Source: Macrostomum lignano
Taxonomy: Eukaryota
Assembly (NCBI GenBank): GCA_002269645.1
Contig: NIVC01003966.1
Location: 1 to 64,000 of the forward strand
Direction of reading: 5' to 3'
Length of the DNA stretch: 64,000 nt
Shown here: positions 49,601 to 63,017 of the stretch, one piece after another
Layout of the letters: each line of letters begins with the position of its first letter
How positions within the stretch are numbered: position 1 is the first letter of the stretch
Notes under the pieces: model-generated
The model's input: only the letters and a program-made list of their open reading frames with translations
Database searches by the model: none
Told to the model about the DNA's origin: nothing
Program-made: the position numbers and the translations under genes

Positions 49601-50445
49601 GCAGGTCTCTTCGAAAACCTGTCCAGTCGGCCTTTTTCAAATTAAGGCGGTCCCGGTTCTCATGACGGGCTCCGACGGAGCTGATGCTGTACTGAATGTA
49701 CGAGTGGTCGGAAAGCGATGGGAGGTCATCCCTAACCAGCCAGCTGTGGACCTGATTGAGGGCGTTGTTGGAGACGAGAGTGAGGTCGATAACCTCACGC
49801 CGATTAGAGACAATAAATGTGGGTTTGCTGCCTCTGTTGCAAATGTGTAACGAGGAGGAGTTAATGAAATCAATTAGTAAGTCACCGCGCCTGTTAGTAT
49901 CGCTACTAGACCAGGCAGTGTTGTGGGCGTTAGCATCGCAGCTAACGATAAGCTTCCGATCCTGGAGATTACAGAAGTCCGCCAGCTCCTGCAGGAGGGG
50001 GGGAGGGACGTCTTCCTGGATGTCCAGGTAAGCGGAAACGAAGGTCAAGTCAAAGACTGAGAAAGTACACATGTCTTTAGAGCAAAACATTGGCATAATA
50101 GTGGCCGGGAGGTCGTTTTTGACGAGGGCGATAGCCTGGGGGTGTCGTTCGCGCAGAGGTACAGAACCTGATAGCCTGGCGGCAGGCAGGTCGGCTTCCC
50201 CTTGCGGGTATACGGTTCCTGAATAAGGTAGATGTCAACTTCCTTGTTGGCAAAGGTGCCTGAAAGGTTGCTCGATGCTGCAAGGGCGTGGTGCAGGTTG
50301 ATCTGAATAATGTGCAGGTTAACAGGTTGGTTCGCCGGCGGCGGATTATTTATTTGGTTGCTGGTGGCAGTGTCATCATTGGGCTGGCCGTTAAGGTTCG
50401 CCCTCAGCGCCCCGCTCCTAGTTTGGCACGGGGTTGGGAACGGCA

Positions 50446-50446
<1 letters not shown>
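46630..50446 (-). CDS. LINE ORF2: AP endonuclease, reverse transcriptase, RNase H, CCHC finger (two apparent 1-nt frameshifts)
   Basis: [17 protein letters not shown]; DLTLVS..SDH; [14 protein letters not shown]; DFEGAFDNV; [12 protein letters not shown]; GYADD; VKYLGVTL; [27 protein letters not shown]; [18 protein letters not shown]. Frame changes at about 50135 and 49175. Confidence 0.93.
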
Positions 50447-51368
<922 letters not shown>

Positions 51369-51402
51369 GCAGAGTAGGCTGAAATGGAAAAACTGAAATG
51401 TA

Positions 51403-52672
51403 GAACCTAAATTTTCTAGCTAATTGTCTTTTATAAAAATAATTGCCCTTTAAAGCAGCCTTCTCAGCATTAAAGTCTCCACCTGTAAGAACTCACTTCT
51501 CCCATCGCTTAGTAGAGCGTCCAGTCAATGGCTTCAGAACAGCATTGCCTTGAAAAGACCATGGGAGTGACTGCGCAGGAAATTGTCTTCCAAATGACCT
51601 GTGCTGGCACAAATTCCCCCTCTCAAATGTTTTTCAACTGTGGTAAAGTAAAGACATCATTTTGCACGAAATCACAAGAATAATATGCGAGATTGAATTT
51701 ATTAGAAAGCAAAAATACGCCACTTCAAAATGACATGAAATTTGCGATAGCAGCTACGAGCTGCTTTCGTTTTTGCTCCGAGTTAAAAGTGTCAGAACTT
51801 TTTGGATTACAGGTACATTCACCCAATGCTTAGGTCCTCTATTTTGCGGAATTTTCTATTGACATTTAATCTCCTACGACGTATATGACCTGCAGGTTGT
51901 CTTCTACTGCTGTCAACCATGCCTTGTTCACAAATACAACACTTGAAAACGACAAGAAGCTAGGGCGTCGAGATAACGGTAGTTGTAGTTGTTTTAAACG
52001 ATAGAAGCACAGGCATAAGGATCAAGTCTCGTTACACTTTGAACCGTCAAACTCTGATATACTCGTATAATTATGTTGCATGACAATCTTGACAACCGCC
52101 TGTCACAACGCTGCTCCCAGGCGATCATTGCTTCTAAGTTTTCAATAGGTCGAATTCGCTAGTGAGCAAATGTCCACATCAAAACGGGACAAACAGACAT
52201 TTTTAGACAAAACGTAAGGACAACTACGAGTACATGGACAATTTTTGTGGACTAATTTTGTCTATGTGTAAATCCAAATTACCGGCTATGCGTTCTCTAG
52301 AAAAATTGAAATGTCGAGATTTGCAAAACGTTTCGAGCTGGTTTACTTCACAGTCGTGTAGTTAAGGCTGCAGGCATCCATACGGTATACCGACTTGGTT
52401 TTGCACCCCGGACTCTGAAGCCCAACGGATTGCAACATTGCCATTGTCGTGGCGATGTTGCTGACAATCTTTCTGACTGAAGTTTCAAATTATAATCTGT
52501 TCTACAGATAGCAAATGTGTTGTACAGAAAAGCAAAAAACAACAATAATTAAGTAACCCTATACTAAGCTCTTCGTGAAGTTCACCGTCTGTATGAAGCT
52601 ATTTTTAGCAACACAAGCTCAATTCGGTAAACCGAAGTTCTTCGATATATTGACATTGACGAACTTCGTGTA
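51403..52672. repeat. 1,270-bp direct repeat, copy 2 (flanks the LINE 5' end)
   Basis: Offset 6132 from copy 1. Confidence 0.95.
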
Positions 52673-52815
52673 AAACAGCTGTGTATTTAGCAGCAGCTCA
52701 GATAGATTTCTGGAAGCTTTACAAATCTTCTATAGCTATATTGAGAGTGTAAAGCGCATTCAAAGCTTTGGATTAGTTGTTATCTGTAAGGCGCTCTATC
52801 GTGATCCTACATATA

Positions 52816-55416
52816 ATGGACAGCACAACCGATACAGACGACACAACCAGCTCAGTTACTGAGATGTTCTCCAGGCCCAGTAGGCAGTACGAGTTCTTGT
52901 CGACTTCCACTGCTGCGCCGCAGGCAGCGCAACATGTGATGATCGGTGCGTGAGCAAAATTATTATCTGCTCTGATTAAAACCAATCACACCGTGATTTT
53001 GTGCTCGTTTCAGACATCAGTGACAGATACGTGGGCATGACCATCATCATTGCCCTGCCAGTTGCCGCCTTCATTCTTCTACTGGGTGTCATTCTGCAAA
53101 TTGTCTTGGTTGCTGTTGCCCTGCGCAGGGTGAGTTCTGAGGCGGGGAGAGGGGATTTAGCACGAGGGCTTTAGCACCAGTGACTTTAGCACCTGGCTTT
53201 AGCAGCAGTGGCTTTAGCACCAGGGGCTTTAGCACCAGGGGATTTAGCACCATGGACTTTAGCACCAGGGGCTTTAGCAGCAGTGGCTTTAGCGCCAGGG
53301 GTTTTAGCACCATGGACTTTAGCACCAGGGGCTTTAGCACCATGGACTTTAGCACCAGGGGCTTTAGCACCATGGGCTTTAGCACCAGAGGCTTTAGCAC
53401 CGTGGACTTTAGCACCAGGGGCTTTAGCAGCAGTGGCTTTAGCGCCAGGGGCTTTAGCACCATGGACTTTAGCACCAGGGCTTTAGCACCATGGACTTTA
53501 GCACCAGGGGCTTTAGCACCAGGGCTTTAGCACCATGGGCTTTAGCACCAGAGGCTTTAGCACCATGAACTTTAGCACCAGGGGCTTTAGCACCATGGTC
53601 TTTAGCACCAGGGGCTTTAGCAGCAGTGGCTTTAGCGCCAGGGGCTTTAGCACCATGGACTTTAGCACCATGGACTTTAGCACCAGGGGCTTTAGCACCA
53701 TGGTCTTTAGCACCAGGGGCTTTAGCAGCAGTGGCTTTAGCGCCAGGGGCTTTAGCACCATGGACTTTAGCACCAGGGGCTTTAGCACCAGGGGCTTTAG
53801 CACCAGGGGCTTTAGCACCATGGGCTTTAGCAGCAGTGGCTTTAGCACCAGGGGCTTTAGCACCATGGACTTTAGCACCAGGGGCTTTAGCACCAGGGGC
53901 TTTAGCACCATGGACTTTAGCACCAGGGGCTTTAGCACCAGGGGCGCCGGCACTATTGGTTTAGTACCAAAGGCTTTAGCACCTTATTCCCATAAACAGA
54001 TTACTCTAAACTACGTTGAACAATTGAGATATTGCATTTGAACACTTTCAACAAAATTTAAGCTTGGTGTCAGACTACGAGTAGCAAATGGTAAATGAGA
54101 TCTCAGCTATCATATCACATCTTTGTACCAACTAAAACGTCCCACAGAGCTCTTGAAACTGCAACTTAGCAAAGAAAGTACTCGTCATTTCCTTGAAGCT
54201 GTTAAACATTATAGAAATTAGCTATGCACCTTTTTAGCAGTGTTGAAGTTCTTTTGCTGAAATAAATAAACACGGATCTGGGTTGTAAAGTTAAGGTCAG
54301 AATCTGTTTTCCATTCAACACGCAGATCAACAGCATCGCCAGGTTGCTGTTGAAGCGGCCCGATCAGAGTTCGACTTCAGACTGGCTCACCGAGGAACCC
54401 GAAGCCAATTCCCAGGTCTCCGGTGACGTAAGCTGCACTGCGAGCTGAATTTGCTTCAGTTTAATAATAAAATTATAGTATTTACTGAGAAACAATCAAG
54501 AAATCTCAAGACCCTGTTTGAAGTTTTTATATTTTCACCTAGGGCAAACAGGGAAATTCAAATTGAGCACTTTACCACCACCTGAGAAGTTTCCTATGAG
54601 CTCTAGACCAGCTGTTGAATTCCCTCTATGAGCACTTGAACACATGAAAAATCCCCTATGAGTACTTGAAAATCTAAGAATTCCCTTCTGAGCACTTGTT
54701 TATCTGAGAAATCCCCTATGAGCACTCGACCATCTGAGAAATTCCCTCTGAGCATTTTAACTCCTGAGAAGTTCTCTCTTAGCATTTGACAATCTGAGTC
54801 ATAAATTCCATTCGAGCACATAAACTAGCGTACATGTAATAGGCCATTCAGGTTATGAACTCAAAATCATTCAGACTGAACAAAAAAACCATTTAATTTT
54901 TTTCCAATGTTCCCTAGGCTCTAGCACCTCCGCTTCCAAGACGCCCCGTTGATCAACCTGCTGAGGTAGGAACTGGTATCAGTAAATTAAAACAAATGGA
55001 AATTTCTGAGTAGTTTGTTCACCAGCCATACAACTTTCACTGTTTTTTTCGTCTAAAGGCCTCTACTCTCGCTAAGACGCCTGGTGAAAGGTTACGAGTT
55101 TCGTTTGTTACTGATGTAAAGTCATCTTATCATCTTGAGGTTGGTTGCTAACTTGTTTGTTATCTCGATATTAAGCAGTTTAACGATTCAAAAGTTAATG
55201 AAATTTTGTTACAGCTGACCAACCCTCAGGAACCTAGGAGATCGGAAGGAGTATCTGAGCACTTAGCGGTAATTTTTAAAAAAAATATTTTTTCTGGATT
55301 TAAATACCATTGGTATTTTAGTGAGGTCTTCAAATTGATTCTCACCTTTCATGTTTCTTTAATTATTTCAGGTTTATGAAGAAGATACAGTATACACTGT
55401 GGCCGATGTCCCCTAA
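52816..55416 (+). CDS. Uncharacterised single-pass membrane protein encoded by 7 small exons, ~183 aa (adaptor-like)
   Basis: Exons 52816-52945, 53014-53129, 54326-54427, 54918-54965, 55059-55115 (or -55139), 55215-55268, 55372-55416. All GT-AG and stop-free. S/T/D-rich ectodomain, TM MTIIIALPVAAFILLLGVILQIVLVAVAL-RR, tail containing APPLPRRP and VYEEDTVYTVADVP*. Upstream coding exons are possible. Confidence 0.72.
53155..53985. repeat. 15-bp minisatellite (GGGGCTTTAGCACCA family), copy A
   Basis: Tandem GGGGCTTTAGCACCA / TGGACTTTAGCACCA. Source of the FSTRG and LVLKP spurious ORFs. Confidence 0.95.
54590..54800. repeat. Degenerate ~39-bp tandem repeat
   Basis: Recurrent CTGAGAAATCCCCTATGAGCACT. 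Confidence 0.7.
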
Positions 55417-55770
55417 ATAGCACATTAAAAACAATCTATGCAAAAATGCAAGTTGGACTCAGAAGCAGTCAAGAGAAGCTTTCTTCAATCAGCGAAAATG
55501 CTTACTTTGCTTGGCCACTGCTTCCTCGATTCGAAAGTTTGTCTTTTTATTCAAGGAATTATACATGTGTGTGATTGACAGCGCAGTTGCGGCACAAATA
55601 CTGAATCAATATTTTTAATCGGTCGAACAGATATTTGACGTATTTACCGTCTGTTTCAAAGTTTCATTGTTTTTCTACGCGTCTTGCAGTTTTGTTGCTT
55701 TTGAATTTGGTGGTTTTTCTTGTTGCTTTTACGATCTTTTTAGATTCTAAAATTTATTAGCTGATTGAAC

Positions 55771-56151
55771 GGGAGCACGAGAAATGCCCGCAGACGAATT
55801 GCCCGCCGAGATTTGCCCGCAGTGCAATTTGCCCGCGAGTGAATTGCCCACGAGCGAGTTGCCCGCCGAGTTTTTTCCCGCCGAGGTTTGCCCGCAATGC
55901 TTTTTTACTGCAGCGCTTGGCAGCTAGATTCTGTCTGCATTGCCTCCCCCAAAAAATATGCATTTGATATGCAGTTACTATCAAAACGTTTGATCGGTTA
56001 AATCTCTTTATTAAGACTTACTAAGCATTGGGGAGGCAATGCAGACAAAATCTGCCGTGGCCAAAGGCACTGCAGGAAAAAAGCATTGCGGGCAAACCTC
56101 GGCGGGAAAAGCTCGGCGGGCAATTCGTCTGCGGGCAATTCTCATGGACCC
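55771..56151. mobile_element. Mutator/MULE-type fold-back MITE, 381 bp
   Basis: Exact 9-bp TSD TGATTGAAC (55762-70, 56152-60). Long imperfect TIRs built from TTGCCCGC repeats, termini GGG...CCC. Confidence 0.85.
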
Positions 56152-56304
56152 TGATTGAACACAACACAAGTTAAAGTAGGTGCAGGTGCACCCGACACTT
56201 TGTGGTGCCTTTTGAGAGGCCACCAGTTCATTTTAATGTAACTAGCGCTATTGCGACTAAAGTCGAACCATTTTATTTTGAGAAGACGCAACTTTAATTT
56301 CATG

Positions 56305-56785
56305 GGGCTTTAGCACCAGGGGCTTTAGCACCAGGGGCTTTAGCACCAAGGGCTTTAGCAACAGGGGCTTTAGCACCAGGGGCTTTAGCATCAGGGGCGC
56401 CAGCACCAGGGGCTTTAGCAGCAGAGGCGCCAGCACCGGCGGTGCCAGCACCAGCGGCGCCAGCACCGGCGTGCCAGCACCAGCGGCGCCAGCACCAGGG
56501 GCTTTAGCACCAGGGGCTTTAGCACCAGGGCTTTAGCACCAGGGTTTAGCACAGGGCTTTAGCACCAGGGGCTTTAGCACCAGGGGCTTTAGCATCAGTG
56601 GCGCCAGCACCAGGGGCTTTAGCACCAGGGGCTTTAGCACCAGGGGCTTTAGCACCAGGGCTTTAGCACCAGGGGCTTTAGCATCAGGGGCGCCAGCACC
56701 AGGGGCTTTAGAACCAGGGGCGCCAGCACCAGGGCTTTAGCACCCGGCGCGCCAGCACCAGGGACGCCAGCACCAGGGGCGATAA
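56305..56785. repeat. 15-bp minisatellite (GGGGCTTTAGCACCA family), copy B
   Basis: Same unit as 53155-53985, plus GGCGCCAGCACCA variants. Confidence 0.93.
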
Positions 56786-57167
56786 CGCAGCGCGAGGGAA
56801 TTTCGTTAAACAGTTTGCTCTCATTCTTCTAATATTCTGACTGTTAACCCAATACCAATGTGATAATATGTATTCGATGACGGACATGAAAAGTGCTGAA
56901 TACTACTGTAGATAGAGCACTTCCAGTGTGAGGCACGTGGAAAAATAAAGTAATTGTTCACCGGGTTGTTGGTATTTTTCTTGTAGAACATAGTACGATC
57001 GCAATAGCCAAAGTAACAAAACACTCTTCTGAGCAAAAGGAAGTAAAATAGAGCATGCTAATAATTCTGTTGAAATGCTGCTCCGGAATCAAAACAGCCC
57101 TGGACTTATTAGACAGCACAGCGTTATATTACAGCACAGTTTAAACAGATATATTTAACACTAAATG

Positions 57168-57555
<388 letters not shown>

Positions 57556-58018
57556 TAGTCTGTTTAGGGTTACGGATTCAGCTTAAAAATATAGCTATTG
57601 TCCGAGTTCATAAAGTTTAGCTTTGCGATATGGTCTCATTTTTATGGAGCAATAACTTCCAGTTGTTCTGTATCTTGTATACCATACCTTATTCGCTTCT
57701 TAAAAAGCCTGTTTGCGTGTTTCAAATCTATTACAATAGAATAGGGACCCACTATAGTGAACCAATTCCTTGAAACCTTGTCTTCCAAAAAGCCCCCCTG
57801 TCAACTCTTTCTCTGCGCCACATTTGAAGATTCTTCGTTTAATTGTTGTGCAAAACATTAAATACAAAGAACGCTTTATGGTCTTGTATCCGCATTCAAA
57901 ACGAAATTTTATATAATTGTAGCATATAGCCGTCCTTGTTAATAAAAATCTCTCAGAAGCAACTGCAACAGAATTTTCTTGCGATTTTGAAAAATCCAGA
58001 GTTCTGAAAAATTTTAAC

Positions 58019-61000
58019 ATGGCCTACCAGGAACGCAGTGAGTTACTCCTAAATATTTGCTCAGATATAGCAAACTTGGTTAATAATTTACCCATGATTA
58101 CGAGCTATTACTTTTTCTGTCGCAGAAATAATACTTTGGGAGCTTGGCTTCGTTGCTTGTGCCTTGTTGATCTTTCTGCCAAAGTGCAGCAGTCAAACTG
58201 CCTGTGAGTTACTCATGTTTTCTGCTGATAACTAGCATTTTAAAACAAACATTTTTTCCGGCTTCACTTCTGTATTTTATCACTGTAGTTAATCTATTTT
58301 AGCTCTTGAAATTTGCCTTCTTAAAGTTACTTTAGCTAAGCATCACGACCAGCTAATATATGATAGTCAATCGATATTAATATTCCTTCACTAACCGGAC
58401 CAACCATTCCCAAACAGACTGCAGCAGCGCGCTCCAGCGACTGTCAGCTGAGGCCGGTGGCGAAATCGCCAGCCACAGCGGAGTCGGCACAACAAACTAC
58501 AGCAGCAACTCGCAGTGCTACTGGCAGCTGGATGCGCCACCTGGCAAGAGAGTCATAGTCTGGTTCACCTACATGGATCTCGAGTCGCCAAACGACAGAG
58601 TGTCTCTGTACGACGGCCTGACAACGTCATCCGAAATTGCAGTCGTTAGCGCGAATGACTCAGTTGGCTATGAGTCGCCGAGATTCGTTTCGTCCGCAAA
58701 TATTCTGACAGTGAATTTTTATTCAAACAGCCAATTCGCAAGAAAAGGATTTCGTTTAGAGTATAACGCCACCGTATCAGGTTAGTTGCCAGTGTTATCG
58801 GATTGTGAATCATTGAATCATAATATCATATAGTTGCGATTGCATGTTGAGAGGTGCATCGACGATAATATCGGTTTTGTTTTGTAAACATTGAATAAAT
58901 GGCAGTCATCTTCTCGCTTAATCCAAATTTCTGCAGCTAACAGCAGCACGTGCGGACCAGTCACGTTTGATGACGCTTCCAACTCTTCCGGAATGATTGT
59001 CAGCCACCCCGGCTACGACCAACACAGTTTATGTCATGCAGCTGGACCTTGCCATCGGTGTCCGGAAAGTTTTACCAGCTCTACGTTGGCAACGTGTCTC
59101 TCGGAAATGGAGATTGCCTGTCTGTAAATCAAGGCACAGCGTCAGTGACAGGTGGCAGTTCTAATGTGAATTTGTGCGGCTGGAAAGCTGTCACTGGCAT
59201 GACACTTCAGGTGGATGGCAACTTCATCATCAGGTTTAGTTCCAATGGAGCTTATGAGTCCACGGGCTTTCAAATCAAGTTTGAATTGCAAAACTGTGAG
59301 TTTTGTAATGAGATTCAATCACTAATTTGTTACTTATGTATATTTCTTGTTTGTAAACTTTTTATGGGTTTTTTATAAAAGTTTCACGTACTTTGTACTT
59401 AGTCGCTATGATTTATCGCCACCCTAGTATATGTTATGATTTGCAAGCAAAAAATGAGCTAAAAATAAGAATTTTCAGCAAGAATTCGAGTTAAAAATCG
59501 ATACTTGCATGCATCGTACTCCCTCTGTAGCAACCTAAGATAAAAGAGGAATATGCAGTACTCATGACATAGTGGAATGGTCTGTATTATTCAAACATTA
59601 AGGAGTGTTCATCACAATCCAATATTGAAGTACTTTTGAATATAAATTATATTTGTATAGCTTTCTTCTGCGGGCTTCATTGAATGTAAATATTTTTGTA
59701 AATTTCAGACTGCCCAGACAAACGCAACTTGACTAATAGCACAGGTGAAGTAGTAAGTCACAATGGCGTCGGAGAATACTATTATGGGAACAATGCACAG
59801 TGCGTCTGGTACATTACGGCACCGCCTGGTCAGCAGGTTTGGTTCTGGTTTTCCTATTTTAATTTAGGGTACAATGACTACGTCAGCGCTCGAAACATGG
59901 GAGAGTCTTCGAGCACAATTGCAACGCTCCGCAGGGGCCATTCGCCTTCGCCGTCGGGTTTCAATCCACAGCAAGTGTTGTAAGCGTAACATTTACTACA
60001 AGCAGCATGTACTCAGGTCTCGGATTTCGACTTCATTATAACTTTACCCAGTTATGTAAGTTTAAAGTTTTGAAAACAATTTTCTTAATATTTTTGCAAC
60101 TAATCATTAACAACTGAAGCAGAAAGGCGCTACGCCCGCAAGCCAAAAAATAATCGAGACAGCAAATCTTAAGTTTTATCGAACGAAAGTCACAAACGTC
60201 TCGTCTTCCCGGTGTTCTAGTTGCAAAAAGAGCAACAATGGGTTCTTTGAATCAGAGCAAATTATGAACTTTGCAACAACTAACCAGGGACTACTGAATA
60301 CTCCCTTCAATTAACCTCTGAAAATTAAAATACTTCTTTAAAAGAAATTAAAAGCTTTCCGTCTCGCTAACGTCGAAGTCGAAATTGGCAGAGTTTTGAA
60401 GTATATTTCTACCTTAGATGCTTTATTTATTGTATTAGTTGTTTATTTAGCCATGTACCAAATACAGTCCCCGTTGGAAGTTCTCATATATTTAAACATA
60501 TTTTTTCAGACTGTTACGGATTTGAAAACGTGACAGCAACGAAAACGGGAAGTCAAATAAGGAGTCACTACGGTGTTGGTTCAAGTCCTTATTTAAACAA
60601 CATGAGCTGCTACTGGCACATAAGCGTTCCTGTCGAACAGAGAATCGCCTTTCGTTTTACTTACTTCAATACACAGACAAATGATAGAGTGACAGTGTTT
60701 GATGGCTCCAACGGTTCAGCTGTTCTGCTCAATACTTCCGGCAGTAATTTTAAAGGTGTTATTGTATCCTCAGCAAACACGGCGACTGTGCGGTTTAACA
60801 CAGACAGTGACTATGGAGGATATGGCTTTGCATTGTGGCTTCAAGAAATTGACAATGGTAAGCAAAGCATTAAGCACATATGACGTAAAGCATAGTAACT
60901 AAGAAACAAGAAAATGTATTTTTACCCAGTTTTCCGTCAGATAGATATAGATATCTACAGATATGTTTAAATGCTAAAAAACGAAATTTTAAAAAATATT

Positions 61001-63017
61001 TGCGCTTAATAACGGAATGTTGCGCAACAATGCCAAAATGATAAAAACTGTGCTTAGCAGCACCACACACAAGATAAGCCATTTTTTCATTGAAGCACTG
61101 GCCGCTTTCTAATTACGAGTACATATGCGTACTAAACACAAATATTACTATCTGCTTTCAGCCGTTAACAACACATGCGGAACGATCAGTTATGCAAATT
61201 CATCGAACGTATCTGGAGTCATCGAGAGCCACAAAGGCTACAATGCCACCAGCATGTCCGCATACGCACCCAATTTAGCCTGCCTGTGGACACTGCCCAA
61301 ACGACCTGGATTCTACATCTATCTCTTTATCGAAACCTACTATCTTAGCAACGGGGACTGCCTAAAAATGGTAACGAAGCTTTCCTCAACTGCCAGTGAG
61401 TCCGGCAGTGATAAAGATTTGCAGTATTGCAATACTCATTTCGGCCAAAACGTACACTGGGTGACAACAGGAGACGCGCATATTTCGTTTACAACTGACA
61501 ATCTTCATGAATCAATCGGATTCTCTATTCAGTTTTACTACGAGCAAGGTTTGGGGAATTTCTCTAATGCACTACGATTAAAACCCATTAAGAAACTTTA
61601 CTTTGTTTTCTAAATCATACGTTTCATTTTAGCTTGCCCAAGCGTTCAGAAATGGGACTCCGACAACGGTGAAGTGGTTACTCACACCAATGCTGGAACA
61701 ACGCACTATTTGCACTCTATGACATGCAATTGGCAAATTTCTGTGTCGCCAGGCAAGCAAGTAATCGCCTGGTTTACTAGTAACAAACTGTCGAGTCACG
61801 GGTATTCGTACGACAGAGTGACATTATACGATGGTCTCAGTGGTTCAAACACTTTGGTCAGCGGCACTTCTATTCCGACAGAGGTCGGATACCGGTCCAT
61901 CACAAACAGCATGAGGGTCCGGTTCACAACAGATGCCACTTGGCATTCCTACGGCTTTCGAATGCGATACAGCATTGCGGAGAACTGTAAGTTAGAGTTT
62001 ATTCAGAGGATTAGAGGACATACACGATAGAAAAAACCTATCATTCTTTCAGTTTCCAGTCTGTGATGGTCGGAAAATTCTTCAAGCCAGCCAAGGCAAG
62101 TTTTTCGCCCATGTGAACTCATCATCCCCTAACTATTTGAGACGTATGATATGCTACTGGACCATTACCGCGCCATTGGGATACAGTGTAGTGGCTCACA
62201 TTACATCATTCAGCCTCTACCCCAATGACTATGTCAGCATATCTGAAGGAATTCGAGGCTCACCATACATCGCAAGATACTACGGACGGAGTGAATTTCA
62301 GATTGTCAGTTCAAGAGTTTTCGTTTCACAGTCAAATGCGATGCTTGTATATTTCACGTCGGGTGGAACAGGCTCTGGCTTCGGGTGAAGTACAACACAA
62401 CCGAAAAATGTGAGCAAAGCTTACAGTTGTAACTACATTTTTGACAAACAAGCGCAATCTAATCTCGTCTTAAGTTTTGGCTCATAAACTGAGTTTTGAT
62501 TAGTTAAAATTGTAAAACGTGTTGCAATGCCCAATGATAGATTCATGTACATGTCCGCTTGTACCGCTTACACTATTGATGCAGACACGTCACAGTCTTG
62601 AAAAGAGTTCATTTTTCACCATGAAGCAGCGCTTTGATATTTTTATTGACCTATACTTACCACCAGTCTGTCAAGGCACGGAGCTCCTGACCAACGACAC
62701 TGGAGAGCTGGTCAGCCACTCGTCTGCAGGAACTATGGGCTTCTTGATCAGCTCGGACTGCTACTGGGTGATCAGAGTCTCTCCCTCAAAGCGAGTGGTG
62801 GCTCGTTTTACCTTTTTTAACCTAACTTCCCGTTATGATAGCGTCACTCTGTATGACGGAGCCTATCGCTCAACAGTTCTGGCTACCCTCGAGAGCAGCT
62901 TCTCGGACACCACGCGGGATTTCATAACGACAGAAAACGTCTTGACCGTGTATCTGCGTATTCCATATAGCAGCCAATCACTCGGAATCAAGATGAAATA
63001 CGAAGCTTCAGATACCT
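58019..63017 (+). CDS. Secreted multi-CUB-domain protein (at least 8 CUB exons; 3 frameshifts, pseudogene or consensus error; 3' end not found)
   Basis: Exons 58019-58037 and 58126-58203 (signal peptide IILWELGFVACALLIFLPKCSS), then phase-1 CUB exons 58418-58780, 58937-59295, 59709-60055, 60510-60857, 61162-61548, 61633-61986, 62060-62409, 62667-63017. Each shows C..G.I.SH..Y..N..C.W.I..F..F..D.V..YDG..V.F..GF...Y. Frameshifts at about 59030, 59950 and 62383. No EGF repeats, so not canonical cubilin. Confidence 0.85.

Noticed and set aside
53089-54041. (FSTRG)n, (LAPGA)n and (LVLKP)n ORFs
   Set aside because: 15-bp minisatellite lying in a GT-AG intron of the membrane-protein gene
58019-63017. 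Calling the CUB gene cubilin (CUBN)
   Set aside because: There is no N-terminal coiled coil or EGF block between the signal peptide and the first CUB
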